A stretch of 63,993 bases of DNA, filler included, from Porpidia crustulata (GCA_964255105.1; 13 parts of 13 records of this genome joined end to end with filler, not necessarily neighbours in it), one strand, 5' to 3'. Counted from the first letter of the whole stretch, positions 25,002 through 39,400 are shown. Made by a program: numbers and translations. The notes: generated by a model not told the origin, from the letters alone.

Positions 25002-26410
25002 GGTCGTTGCATTTGGCGACCCAGAAGAAGTCACCGAGGGGGAGGGAGCGGAGGATGGGCTTGGTGCCCTTTTTGGTGAGTTCGGTTTCGAGGTAGTCGC
25101 GGTTTTCTTTGGAGTAGATTTCCCGGGTGTCGACGATCAAGTGGACGGTAAATGTGCCTGGCTGTAGGCGGATGGGTTCGAATGTGGGCGGGATATATTC
25201 TCGTGTGACTTCGTGCGTCTCTTTCTCGGGTGAATTAGACAGTCTGCCAGGCGTTCTGACAATGGGCCTTGGTATAGAAAGGCCATGATTTTGAAGGGGT
25301 CGAGAATGAAGGTTTGAGCCAGATGGTACGTGGTCTTGAAGAGAAGCTCGGATGGTTCTTGCGAGCTCTGGAACTACATGGAGTGGCTCATCGTCTTGTT
25401 CATGCAAAGGGATTGGGCTAGATGAAAGTCTGCGATACTCTTGGCTCGAAGTCTCCTTACATGGTTGAGGTTTGAAGGTCCCAAATTTGTCTGTGACTGC
25501 TCCCCCTAGCCGTTGACCCGGATTGCTCTTTGTTTCTCGCATGGGTTGATGGGCTTCTCCGATCAGCTTCGGATGACTCTCTTGATCTTGAATATCGTCT
25601 TCTAGGTCCACGATACTTCCGAAAGCCCTCTCGTTACTGGCGGTACTTGCTACTGCACCTCCTTTAAAGCCTGAGCCACTATCCTCAATAGCTTTTTGCA
25701 TCCTCTCCGCAACCTCCCAGCCCTCATCAGTCAAGGCATACTTGCGCGTTGGTCTTCCCCTCTCATCCACTAGATTTCTATCCACCAAGGTCTTCATGGA
25801 ATTCCACGCCGTATAGAATTTAGCAGAGTTACTTGCGGTGGTAAAAGAAGAGTCGCAGTGCTCCTCAGCGACCTTGATAAGCTGGGCTTTGGTGTAGCAA
25901 GCGTCCGCAGAGATCGAGGATAACGCTATGATCAAAGCGTAAGCTCCAGAGCGTAGTGCTGGCACGTACGGCTTGGCTGTGGCTTTCCGAGGTTTCTTTA
26001 CAGGAATTAGGTCCAGCATATCTTCTCCACTGAGACGCTTTCGAGCTGGTCATATCAGCGAGCTGGAGAAGCGTATGGACATGGGAGTAACTACACTTCC
26101 GGCTCGGCTTAGGCATTGGTAATCTATTCTGCTCGCAATGAACCTTGAGCTTTTCAGTCAATCGATCACATAATTTCGGGCCAAATCCATTCAATTGCTG
26201 AGCTTCCGATGGATGACCAAGCGTCAGAGGACACGCTCGCAGCGATTCCATGGCTTTTTTATATCTACATCATATTAAGTAAACATTCAGAGCATCTGGT
26301 CATAATATAACAACTTACACGGTTGCGACCTTGAAATTTTTCTCCTTGGCCTCATCATACAAGTCTTTCATCCATCCCAACAGTAATGGATTAGCACAAT
26401 TATCCGCCAT
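25002..26410 (-). CDS. MUS81: Crossover junction endonuclease Mus81 (3' truncated)
   Basis: MADNCANPLLLGW, HhH motif LNGFGPKLC, winged helix YVPALRSGAYA...FYTAWNSMKTL, and the start of the ERCC4 domain LIVDTRE...LPLGDFFWVAK. Two introns. Confidence 0.95.
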
Positions 26411-26489
26411 GACGATGGATTTTAAATTTATGACAGGCAATGATAGATGAACACAGCCTTTGGCCTGCACGCTAGAGATCTTGTCGCCA

Positions 26490-26503
26490 AGTCACGTGAC
26501 TCA
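26490..26503. promoter_or_regulatory. AGTCACGTGACT palindrome (bHLH/Cbf1-type E-box) overlapping TGACTCA (Gcn4/CpcA-type site)
   Basis: Perfect 12-bp palindrome 80 bp upstream of the MUS81 ATG in the MUS81-BRF1 intergenic region. Confidence 0.5.
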
Positions 26504-27017
26504 AAGAACCCGTTTGACTGGAGACGTTGCTACTCTGACTACTCTAAGGGACACCCCAGATGTTATCTCATGGTCCGGATCAATGATGCTTGAGCAATTG
26601 AACAAGGTCTGAGATTACATTTTACTGGAAATAGAGAATACAATGGTGGGTTTCGAACTCTTGTTGATACGCTGGATCCTGGATAACTTGAAAAATACGG
26701 TATTATTGTAAGCGAGACATTGGAAGTGAGTCAAAGTTTGTCTTCGTGCCTTCTACGCCATAACCACACTCGCTACCATTTACAAAGCCGTATTGCATCG
26801 CCCACCACAACGCCGACATCTTTGTTGTCACCCAATAGAGTCTATAGCCGATCCTTGCAATCTTAGGATTCCAGACGATTCAGCAGGATGGATTTGGAGT
26901 GCAATATTACAGAGAAAGTATCCGACTGAAACATGCATCTGGTTGAACTATAAAGCAATCATATTTTCTTGCTAGAAAACGGAACCGAGTCATACACCGT
27001 AGAGCAAAAAATAGACC

Positions 27018-29476
27018 ATGTCAACGAAACCGAAAGTCCTACCTAAACGACCGGGTCAAAGGCCACCCAGATTGGATAGCTTGAAGAACCCACAGCCACG
27101 TGCGCCTCCTCAAATCAAGAATAAGAAAACTCCAACAACATGTACAAATCCAGAATGTGTTGAAAAAGATGTGATCGAAGAAGATGGGCAGTTGGTCTGC
27201 CAGTCATGTGGTACAGTCATTCAAGAAATGCATATTGTCAGCGAGATTACCTTTGGCGAAACTGCAGGTGGTGCAGCCACAGTACAAGGAAGCCATGTGG
27301 CCGCAGACCAGGGCTATGCCAGAGCGGCTGGAGGGCAAAGACTCAAGATGTCTGGAGGTATGGACAGTAGGGAAATTACTGAGGCGAATGGTAAGTACAT
27401 CATGTACTACCTAGATGGCGGAGCGTAAGATTTACTGATTTTATGATCTCAGGTAGACGATACATCAACCAAATCTCTGCGGCCTTGAAAATCCCTCCCG
27501 GTATTCAGGATGCTGGAATGCAGATATTCAAGCTTGCTGCAGGAATTAATTTCATTCAGGGTCGTCGGACTAAAGCTGTGGCTGCTGTTTGTCTGTATAT
27601 TTCCTGCCGTCTCCAGCAGAGCGAAAACAAATTCATGCTCATTGATTTCTCTGACGTCTTGACGCTTAACGTCTTTAAACTTGGCCAGATATATACGGCG
27701 TTGCTCAAAGCACTTCATTTCACCGGGAACCGCCAGAACATCCAGCTCATCAACCCCGAGGATCTGATTCTCCGTTTCTCAAAGGACCTTGAATTTGGTG
27801 AGAGTCAAATGCGGGTCTGCACTGAGGCAGTCCGAATTGTTCAGCGCATGAATCGAGATTGGATGACGACCGGACGTAGACCTGCTGGTATTTGCGGTGG
27901 TGCTCTCATCTTGGCTGCTCGAATGAACAATTTTCGGCGCACGCCTCGGGAGGTCTCTTTTGTCGTCAAGGTAGCAGAGGCTACCATATTAAAGCGGCTG
28001 GACGAATTCAAGGTCACCGAGAGTAGCGGCCTTACTGTGGACGAGTTTCGAACAGTTGACCTTGAAAATGCTTGTGATCCTCCTGCGTTTTATGAGCAAA
28101 AGAATGGCAAGAAGAAACGGGGTCGCAAGCGTAAAGTCGTTGACGTTAATGATGGCGAGCTTTCTGATGGAGATTCGGAGCGGGCAGCTTCAGCTCTACC
28201 ACCGAACACAGGCGGTCAGCTTCTAACGCCAGCTAACACGCAAGCATACAACGATGCTCGGAGTATGCCACCACCGCCGGTTCCCATAGACCCAGCTTTA
28301 CTTGAAATCTCGGCGCAGCGATTGTCCGAGCTAGCATCGTCTCCCGACCACAATTCTGCCACTCGATCTTTGTCATTAGCGGATGGCCAAGTTGAGCCCA
28401 CGACTAAGCGTCGGCGTGGCCGGCCCCCTGGCAGACAGAAACAGCCATCTCCACCTGCGCCCAGCGAATTCGAACAAGAAGCAGCCATTGAATCAGAGAT
28501 TCAAGAATTCCTCTCTGATCCTTCCAATATCGCCCAAGCTTCCTTACTCCATTCAACACACGATGGCACCTCAGTATCACAAAGTCCACCAGCCACTCAA
28601 GAAGCCATCAACCAAGAGGCCACCGTCCAACACGACCCCTCCTCCCAAATCCCGGCCCCAGAAGCCCCTGCAATGCCGCCACCAATTGAGCAATTATCCA
28701 CCACCCTCGCCGTCCTCAATACCATCCCTTCAACCCCGATCATCCCGGACTCCGAATTCGCCTCCGACCCCGAAGTCTCCAACTGCCTCCTCTCCCCCGC
28801 CGAAATCCTCGTCAAAGAACGTATCTGGGTCCACGAAAACCGCGACTACCTCCGCGCCCAATCCGCCAAACTCCTCAAGCAGCAACTCGCCGAGCAGAAC
28901 GGTACCACCCGCCAGATCATCCGACGCAAGCGCCGGCGCGCCCGAATGGGGGACCTACGGGGTTATGGCATAAACTCCGACGACGACGGTGAGGCCGCGG
29001 GAGCCGAAGGCGGGGGTGGCGCGGGACGGAGGGGAAGCCGCCCGATGACGCCAGCGGAGGCGACGGCTATGATGATGAAAAAGCGCGGCTATTCCCGCAA
29101 AATCAATTACAAAGCCATCGAGGAACTTTACGTTCCCAGCCCAAGTCGAAGTGCCAGCGCCAGCGCCAGCCGGCGCGACAGTCTAGCCGAGAGTCCTTTG
29201 TCCGGCACCCCCAGTGCTGCTGCCGCTGGCTCATCGGCCAAGATGGGCACGATCACGAGCCCCGACGGCACGGCCATGAGCCCCGGCGGGACTACGGTCG
29301 AGGGCGAGGCGGCGGCGGCGGCGGCGGACAAGGACGGTGCGGGAGCTGAGGACGCGGAGAGCGAGGAGGAGGATTACGTGGAGGATGAGGGGGAGACGCT
29401 GGAGGATATCGTTAAGGAGCTGCGGGAAGAGGAGGAAGAGGAGGAGGAGGAGTATGAGGGGGAGGAGTATGATTGA
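27018..29476 (+). CDS. BRF1: TFIIIB subunit Brf1
   Basis: Zn ribbon CTNPEC...VCQSCG, cyclin folds FIQGRRT and WMTTGRRPAGICG, C-terminal KERIWVHENRDYL and SRKINY motifs. One intron, about 27391-27452. Confidence 0.96.
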
Positions 29477-29494
29477 TTGATTGATTGATTGATT
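29471..29494. repeat. (GATT)6 microsatellite overlapping the BRF1 stop codon
   Basis: Read directly from the sequence. Confidence 0.9.
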
Positions 29495-29981
29495 TGACTT
29501 TAGGAAATGGGAAATGTGATGTTGTGGCGGAAAATTTGGCGGTGTTGCATTTTGGGGCGTTGGTTGGCAGGGTGCACGTGGAAGAGGAATTTTGTATGTA
29601 TATTATCTTGGCTGTACGCCTGAAAGGGAAATGATGTTGTATTGCTATTAAATATGGATATCTCTAATAATTTGACGATATTGAGGTTTTAGCTGATGCA
29701 AAAATTGGTAGTACAGATGGATTCCAAGCTCAGCAGCTGTATTTCTACGTACGCTATGACATCTCAAATTACAGCACCCCATCCCGTAACAGCAGTTGCC
29801 CCGACCATCACCTTCATCAACTACACCAACGCAACGACCACCAAGCGTGCCCACTACCTCTTCTGCCTCCCCGCTCATCCCNNNNNNNNNNNNNNNNNNN
29901 NNNNNNNNNNNNNNNNNNNNNNNNNTTAATTAATTAANNNNNNNNNNNNNNNNNNNNNNNNNNNNNNNNNNNNNNNNNNNN

Positions 29982-31772
29982 GGGTTCGATGATGGGGCCT
30001 TTCCAGGAGCGCATGTCGGATTTGACGAGGTGGACGCGGTTCTGCCACGTGTGTTCGTTGTGGCGTTGCAGGAGGACGTAGGCGTTTGGGTTTTTTTCTA
30101 CAGCCCAGAGCTCGATTTCGATGCCGGTGGCTTCGCTGGCTCGGAGCGCTCTTGTGACTAGTGGTCCCCGACCGGCACCGACTACAGCTACGACAATGCG
30201 ACCATGGGAACTTGATGCTGGCTTTCCTTGCTGGACCCAGTCGCCCAGTGCTTTCGCTATCGCACGTTCGTACAAGTCGTACTTGACTGGGTCTTTCTCG
30301 AATACCTCATACGTGATACTTTCCAGGTTATCGGTTAGAGGCTGTAAAGGAGCTTGAAGATAGTCCTGGTAACCAGCACCAAAACGTTCCAGCTCAGTCC
30401 TTGGGGGCTGCTTGCGCTGAAGCCATCGTATGTAGCTCAAGTGGGGGTTAGGGTCGTCAGACTTTTTACCATTCGGCTGTCTCTGTTGAGATGCCTCAGC
30501 CGGGGTTGGCGCATCCAGGGCTGCGTTGGGACTAAGGAAGCCATCGGCCGTCGAGACACGTGACTCAGGATTATCTAGGCCAGGGATTGGGCCCACATCG
30601 CAAAGAAGGATCCATGGCGGATTACGTATGCGCATGTATTTGCTAATGAGCTCGCGGTGTTGTTTGGACAAGACCGGATAACCTGGGGAGTTTCGAACAA
30701 AAGTCTGAGCGCTCAAGGAGATGAGACGTAAGGACTCCGAATGCCAGCGAGACTGTATACTGAGAGGTGGAAGATGTCTGGGTATAGACAAAGCTGAACA
30801 GAGAGCGGTCAGCTTCTTGTTTTGGTGGTTTGTACTTTGAACGTAAGGAACGCAAAGAAGTACCTCAGCTTCTGATCGCCGACCGACATCTCATCTTGGT
30901 CTTCCGGGTCAACGGTGAGGTAAGATGAACGATGCAGATGTGGACCCTCACAGGATGGAATGAGAAGCAATGAATATAATTCCTTATTCTTACCTACAAA
31001 AAGCCTAACATTATGTTTACAGACGCTCCTAATAATATTCCATGCATCCCACGTTCCAAAAATATCAGCTTTCTTAAGCTTGACCTCCTCTTCGGCTCCA
31101 ACATAATCTTCTCTTGCAAATGGCGTCAAGCTACCCTCCACATCTTCACCATCAGCGCCGAAGTGGTCGATCATGGGTAGCCAGATCTGGATCTGAATAT
31201 AGTTGCCTATGGCGAGAGCTTGTTGTATTACGTAGGCATACTGTGTCACACCTTCCCCATGTAACTTCCCATGGTGTAGCTTCGGACCTGGGATGATGAC
31301 ATTTCCGATGCCACAAAAAGCAGCATAAGCTATCTCTAGTTCCAATACCTGGCGCGAAATGTCGTAGACCAAGGGATCTGGAGAACACAAATCGATCCAA
31401 GGACTAGCGACTGCGAGCAATTGGGAGATGACCTCTCCAGGGGTCAAGGGTGTGTCCACTGGTGACAATTCTGATACACTGGGCGGTGAAACATTGGGAT
31501 GAGATCTCAGCGCCTCCAAATGGTTCGATAGTTGTGCTATCACTCGACTTTGAAAATGGGGTGTTGTGATGGGAGTCGTCAGCATGTCATACTGAGATAT
31601 GTCAGCTCTGGATACACAAGGGATCGTCCAGACATACGGCGCAATCTTGCGCCTGCCGCAGAGTTTGATCTGTGACAGGCAGTGGTCGTTTACTCTCATG
31701 CTGGCCAATGTAGAAGGTGGGAATGTAATCATCTCCAGTTGGCGATGATGGAGACTCCATACTAGATTCCAT
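29982..31772 (-). CDS. HSL7: Type II protein arginine methyltransferase PRMT5/Hsl7/Skb1 (3' truncated)
   Basis: TIM-barrel motifs SPWIDLCS and EIAYAAFCG, YQDYLQAPLQPLTDNLESITYEVFEKDPVKY, SAM-binding VVGAGRGPLV, AVEKNPNA. Introns about 31592-31637 and 30794-30993. Confidence 0.95.
30794..30993 (-). promoter_or_regulatory. Candidate structured cis-regulatory RNA in PRMT5 intron 2
   Basis: 200-nt intron, versus about 50-70 nt for most introns here. It contains an 8-nt anti-5'-splice-site sequence, an 8-nt anti-branch-site sequence, several competing helices and an internal GAG|GTACTT donor. Confidence 0.45.
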
Positions 31773-32256
31773 GCTATGACAAAGAATGCGCGGTAGGAGA
31801 ATAATGAGAGCTCAAGTTCAATCCTCGAACGACGGTTCTTGGGGTTTTATGTGTACTCGGAGTCATGTAACGGGTACCGAAGTACTTCGTATTGCTTCAC
31901 CGTAATTTGAGCGGTAAGGATGAAGAGGAAGAGAGAAATCGACGAGTGACATGATACACATTGAAAACCATTGGTGGATCAGTAGGCAATCCATGCGTCT
32001 ACCTCATGTTGGTGTTGCTTGAGATGCTCTGCATTACTCAGGAATGTCCTTCGTCGTTGCATAAAATAAGATATGCCTAGATGGATACTGCACTATTATT
32101 ATGCATGCATATGGTGCTCCCTAATCCGTATATAGATTAGTCTCACAATTTGACGGATGAACCGTGTATAATTTTCAATTAGGAAAGAACGTCAGTAGTG
32201 GTACTTGAGTGAATAATATAATACATACCGCCACTTTAACACATAAATAGTCCGCC

Positions 32257-34711
<2,455 letters not shown>

Positions 34712-34956
34712 ATGGTGTTCGCCGTATTGCTGCGTAGAGCATAGATGTACAATAGATATCATATGAACATGCATCATGCCAAGAAGGCATTGGCTCCCGT
34801 GCAGGGCCTCCATTTACCCAGAGCCCCTGTTGTCGGTATGTATATATGTACTGTCCNNNNNNNNNNNNNNNNNNNNNNNNNNNNNNNNNNNNNNNNNNNN
34901 TTAATTAATTAANNNNNNNNNNNNNNNNNNNNNNNNNNNNNNNNNNNNNNNNNNNN

Positions 34957-35850
34957 AAAGTGGGGTGTGCACGGGACCGGAACGTGCACGGGCCCGGGAA
35001 TACTCCTAATCAAGAGCTATTCCCCCGATTTGATCGGCAATAATTTCTGCCCCGTGAACGTGCTAAACCTAGTAGTCAGACTTATTCTAACCGTTTTTAT
35101 TTGATTCTCAGCGATCGAGATCGTATATGACGAGGCAACTTTCTCAGTCTCAATTCGAGTGATTAAATTCGACATCGAGAATGTGAATCGAGCGAACGAT
35201 GTATTTTGATTCTGACATAATCGATTGAGGGCGAAGAGAGCGAAGAATCCCGACATCTTCAATTTTGCATGATCAGAGAAAGCAGTCTTTCGAACAGATG
35301 CTCTTTCAACTGTTACGCAACGACTCATAAGAACTGAGTCACATATACTCGAACTCAAACATCAGCGCGAGCGTTTAACATATTTACTATCAGTCGATAC
35401 AAGACTGCAAGATAACAGAGCGACACGTCAGCCTTGAAAGACACTGAAAGACATTCAAGAAATGACGTTCACATTCTTCTCGAACGCAGTCGAGATAATC
35501 TCTGTTCGAATTACAGCTATGACGCATGAACGATGTCTTGAATTTCTTCATCATCAAGCAAAAATCTTGTCGCTCAACGTTCGTTCGAATGAGAACTTGA
35601 ATTCATTCTATAAAGAAACCGCGAAGAAGTCGAATATAAAATCAGTCATTCTCATTATTCTAATAGCACGTTAAAAAAATCATGAGCATGCGATGTATGA
35701 CGAAGACAAAGTCGAGTTAAACAATTCATCATCAAAGTCAGAAGAGATTCAATCGAGCAGCAATGAATTTCAAGATTTTTTAAATCGAGTGAATCATGTC
35801 TCGACGACAACGAGATCTTATCGAGAGATCTGTGAAGCACTCGACTTTTC
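34957..35850. mobile_element. Transposon-like end plus heavily mutated repeat relic
   Basis: Direct repeat GTGCACGGG(A/C)CCGG at 34967 and 34984 at the contig edge, resembling a subterminal repeat. It is followed by about 750 bp nearly devoid of CC/GG and rich in TCGA, with a + frame interrupted only by TGA codons. Confidence 0.55.
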
Positions 35851-36405
35851 GTCCGGCAAAGCGATTCTAACTAAGAGTAGCGCCTTCGCTGCCGTTCCTG
35901 AAGTGGCGGACCACAACCTGAAAACTTGACAAATCATCGTCATTGACTTTCTAGAGAACCTGTTTCAACGTCCGATCCCTGTTTGCATCTTTAGTGATGA
36001 CTGTGGGTTGGGAAAAACCGTTGTGGGGCTCTACTATCGAGATCGTAGTTTCTCCGCTTCAACTGGAGGGGAATACGTGCTTTGAGACGCGATATCACGA
36101 CGCCATGACTTCATGCGCAACCAGACCGCCTCCTGAACAATTAGGCCATAATCCTCGATATTGTGGTCCTGCCTGTCTCACTCATCGAGGTGCAATCCAC
36201 ATAACAGATGTCGCCTTCCGGAAAAGCAAAAGGATTTGAATAGTTGAGGTTGCTATCGGTCGAGTAATCTGTCACCCAAGATTATTGGCCGGTGCCAAGC
36301 TGTCGGCCTCAAAGCCCTGCAGAAGTCTAGAATCGACTTCGGTGTCTGGTTCGTGAAGAGTGTATTGTTGTGAACTGTACGATCCCAAAGGCCGTCTTGG
36401 TCCCG

Positions 36406-39400
36406 TCAATCACTCGTTGGTCGATGCACTGGAGGCCGATCCGCGAGGTTGCTTGGTACATACATTCCACGCGAGTAAGCAGGAAGCGCTTCCGGGAACG
36501 AATCGTTCCCAACATCAATGAACGGCTGCGAATACATCGCTTCAGGTGGCGAACCAAGTGGCGCATGGACAGGCCAAGGGTTGGCGTACACGGGCGCAAC
36601 AGCTCGGTAGGGCGGGATTCCTGCAACAGCCCGGGTGTCTGGATTGGTGCTTCCTTGCAAGGTCCATTCTCGTTGACTCCCCGTTGCATTTGCCTGTTCC
36701 TGGTTGTTTCTTTTGGCGTTGTAGATTCGAACCTCATTGATCCGCCGAAAGTAGTCATTGATAGCCTTCCTTTTCTCGCTATCTTTGATTCTTGTAACAG
36801 AATACTCCCAAGGAGTGTTGAACTCGCTAGTCCGTGCAAGCATGTTGGCCCCACCGCGAAAGAGAACTTGAGTCGTCTCCAAATCACCCCTTCTAGCTGA
36901 AATATGCATAGCTGTCAGACAGCTGCCAGGCATCGCCGCATTGGCTTTCGCACCTCGTGCTAGTAGTAAACACACCAGATTCGTATTTCCAGACTCCGTC
37001 GCCATCATGAGAGGCGTTCTGCCATCGTCAGGCGTTGCGTTGACCCAAGCGCCAGCGTCAAGAAGTATCACACTCATCTCGAAAAGACCGCCTTTACACG
37101 CGTAATGTAAAGGCGTTTGAGGAAGGTCGCTTGACCGTTTAGTCTCTGTTGATGGAGTCGTGATGCTGTGGGGTGAGTTTTGAGGCCTTGCCCAAGTATT
37201 TACATCAACGATGTTTTTTACCAGATATTCCGCCAGGGCCAACCCACTCGTCAGACTGGCAATGTGCATTAATGTTTCGCCAGATTTCGTCGTCCTCTCG
37301 AGGTCAGCGCGATCACTTATCAAGGCTTTGATGGCGTCGATATTACCCTGGCGGCCAGCTACATGAACAGGCAAGTCACCATTGCGAGCGTATCCGTAGC
37401 GAGGTGCATTGTTTGCGAGAAGGCAAGAGATGGAGTCTGTATGGTTGAGCTTAGCCGCTAGGTGCAATGGGGACATTTTGTCAGTATCGACAGCGTCAAT
37501 GCTAGCACCACTAGACATTAATATCTGCGCAGTACCAACATGGTTCAGTCGAACTGCCTCATGGAGTGCTGTACGGCTTCGATTATTTCTCGAAGAAATC
37601 TCGGCGCCGGCTGCCAGTAATAGCTCAACCATTTTGTGCAAGTTTACTTGAGCTGCAAGATGAATGGGCTTTGATCCTTCCGCATCAGACACTTCGCGCA
37701 GGACTTTATGGGATCTCATGTCCATGACTTTATCAGCAGCTCGGAAGAGCTTCCAGGATTTCGAATTTGACGGTGACGCTGGCGCGTAAGCTCCAAGTAG
37801 CCAATTCACCACTTCAAGTCTGTTCGCCATCACAGCCAAATGCATCATAGTTCTCCCTCGACCGTCGATAGCGAACTCGTCGGCATTATAGGTCTTGAGG
37901 AGTTCCAAGCAATGTATGTGTCCGTTGATTGCTGCTGCCATTTGTGGGGTCCTGTAATTGTCACCCCTGGCATTTACATTGATCTTTTCTTCCAGCAGAC
38001 CCCTGACCTTTGTTAGATCGCCGGTACTTGCAGCTTCAATAAGCGCCACAGTCTTTGTACTTCTTCCAAGATATGAAAATGAAGGAAGACGTATGAGACT
38101 ACTGCGATTAAAGCCCAACTTGTTGACGGCTTCTTTACTTGTCGATGGCTCTCTATCAACTGGTCCTGAGAGGTATGTGCTTTGAATGAGCTCAATGGAC
38201 TTTTGTATTGCTGCGTTAGTGGAACATTTGTCACCTCGTCCTTTGGCTTCGGCCAACTGAAATTGGAGCTGCCGGAGCTGTGATTGCGCTTGGCCTTTCA
38301 TGGAGCCTTGCAAATGTGTAGAGATTGAGGTGTCCATTGTGTCAGAAGATAGTATCGTCGGCGAGCTTCCTGTAGTCTCAGAGTCTTGCTGACTAGTCGA
38401 AGATTGAGTTGAGTGAAATTCGTGCATGGATGCTGTGTGGTCTAGCGAAGGCCTTGTAGGCACACCATAAATCTGCAGTCCAGAGGAAACACTATCAATA
38501 GAATGCTTTGGCTTCATATGAGCGGGTGGAGGGTGGGGTGCAGGACGAGTGGGCGGTGGTTGCGTTCCAAATTCCTCTTTACTGTTTTGAAGCTCCCTTA
38601 TTTGATCATCGATCTGGCTTTCTAAGGCACTATGAAAATTTCCGACGTCGATCGCGATAGACGGGGTGAAAGTTGAAATGGGTTCCTCGATGTAAGGAGC
38701 GGGATACGCAACACCAAGTACAGCTTGAGGGACAGAAAGGTCTCCTAAATCGGATCCTCTCGAATGATGCTTAACTGCAGAATCAGTCACAACGAACATT
38801 CCCTCACTGCTGGTCTGGCTGGATTTGCCAGCAGTTTCAATCATTTGTTCTTCATTACTTAATATTAAGCCGTCATCCGAGATAAGTTTGCTAGACCCTG
38901 ATTCAAGCTCGCTAGACTGGAGTTTGAAATACTGATGCTCTGCACTTCTTGGTGCCACAATACCATTCGTCATGTATGATTTGGTAAGGCTGTGGATGTC
39001 GTCTGGCCTCAGTGCTGGTCCTGATCCTGAAATGCTGTTATTGTAGATTGGAGCTGTAGAGACCGAAGTGGAGCTAGACATTTCTCTTGAGGGGCCAGGA
39101 ATGTCATCTCCTGACCTTTGCAAGCCAGCGTCTACTTGTAGCGTCACCTCCGAGGTCTCGATACTACCTGCGGATTCGATCAAAGAATGTCTCTCGAGGT
39201 GGCCAATACTGAGTTTCATCTCTCCGTCCGACTTGTGATCTTGCGTGCTGTCGCACGGAATGTCCACATCCGCGCCTGAGGAGGGATCAAATGGTAGGGT
39301 GACCCTACTGTCTTGGTTACCCACATTGGGATCGGAGCTTGTGGATTGTATCCTAGACTCCTCTTCATCTCCTACACTTCTGATGCTGCTGTCATAGAGA

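Noticed and set aside
30880..30950. HDV-like ribozyme or SAM-I riboswitch fold in the PRMT5 intron
   Set aside because: Crossing helices and an AAGAUGAG/UUCAUC pairing are reminiscent, but the HDV P3/L3 geometry and the SAM-I core do not fit. It is kept only as an unclassified structured element.
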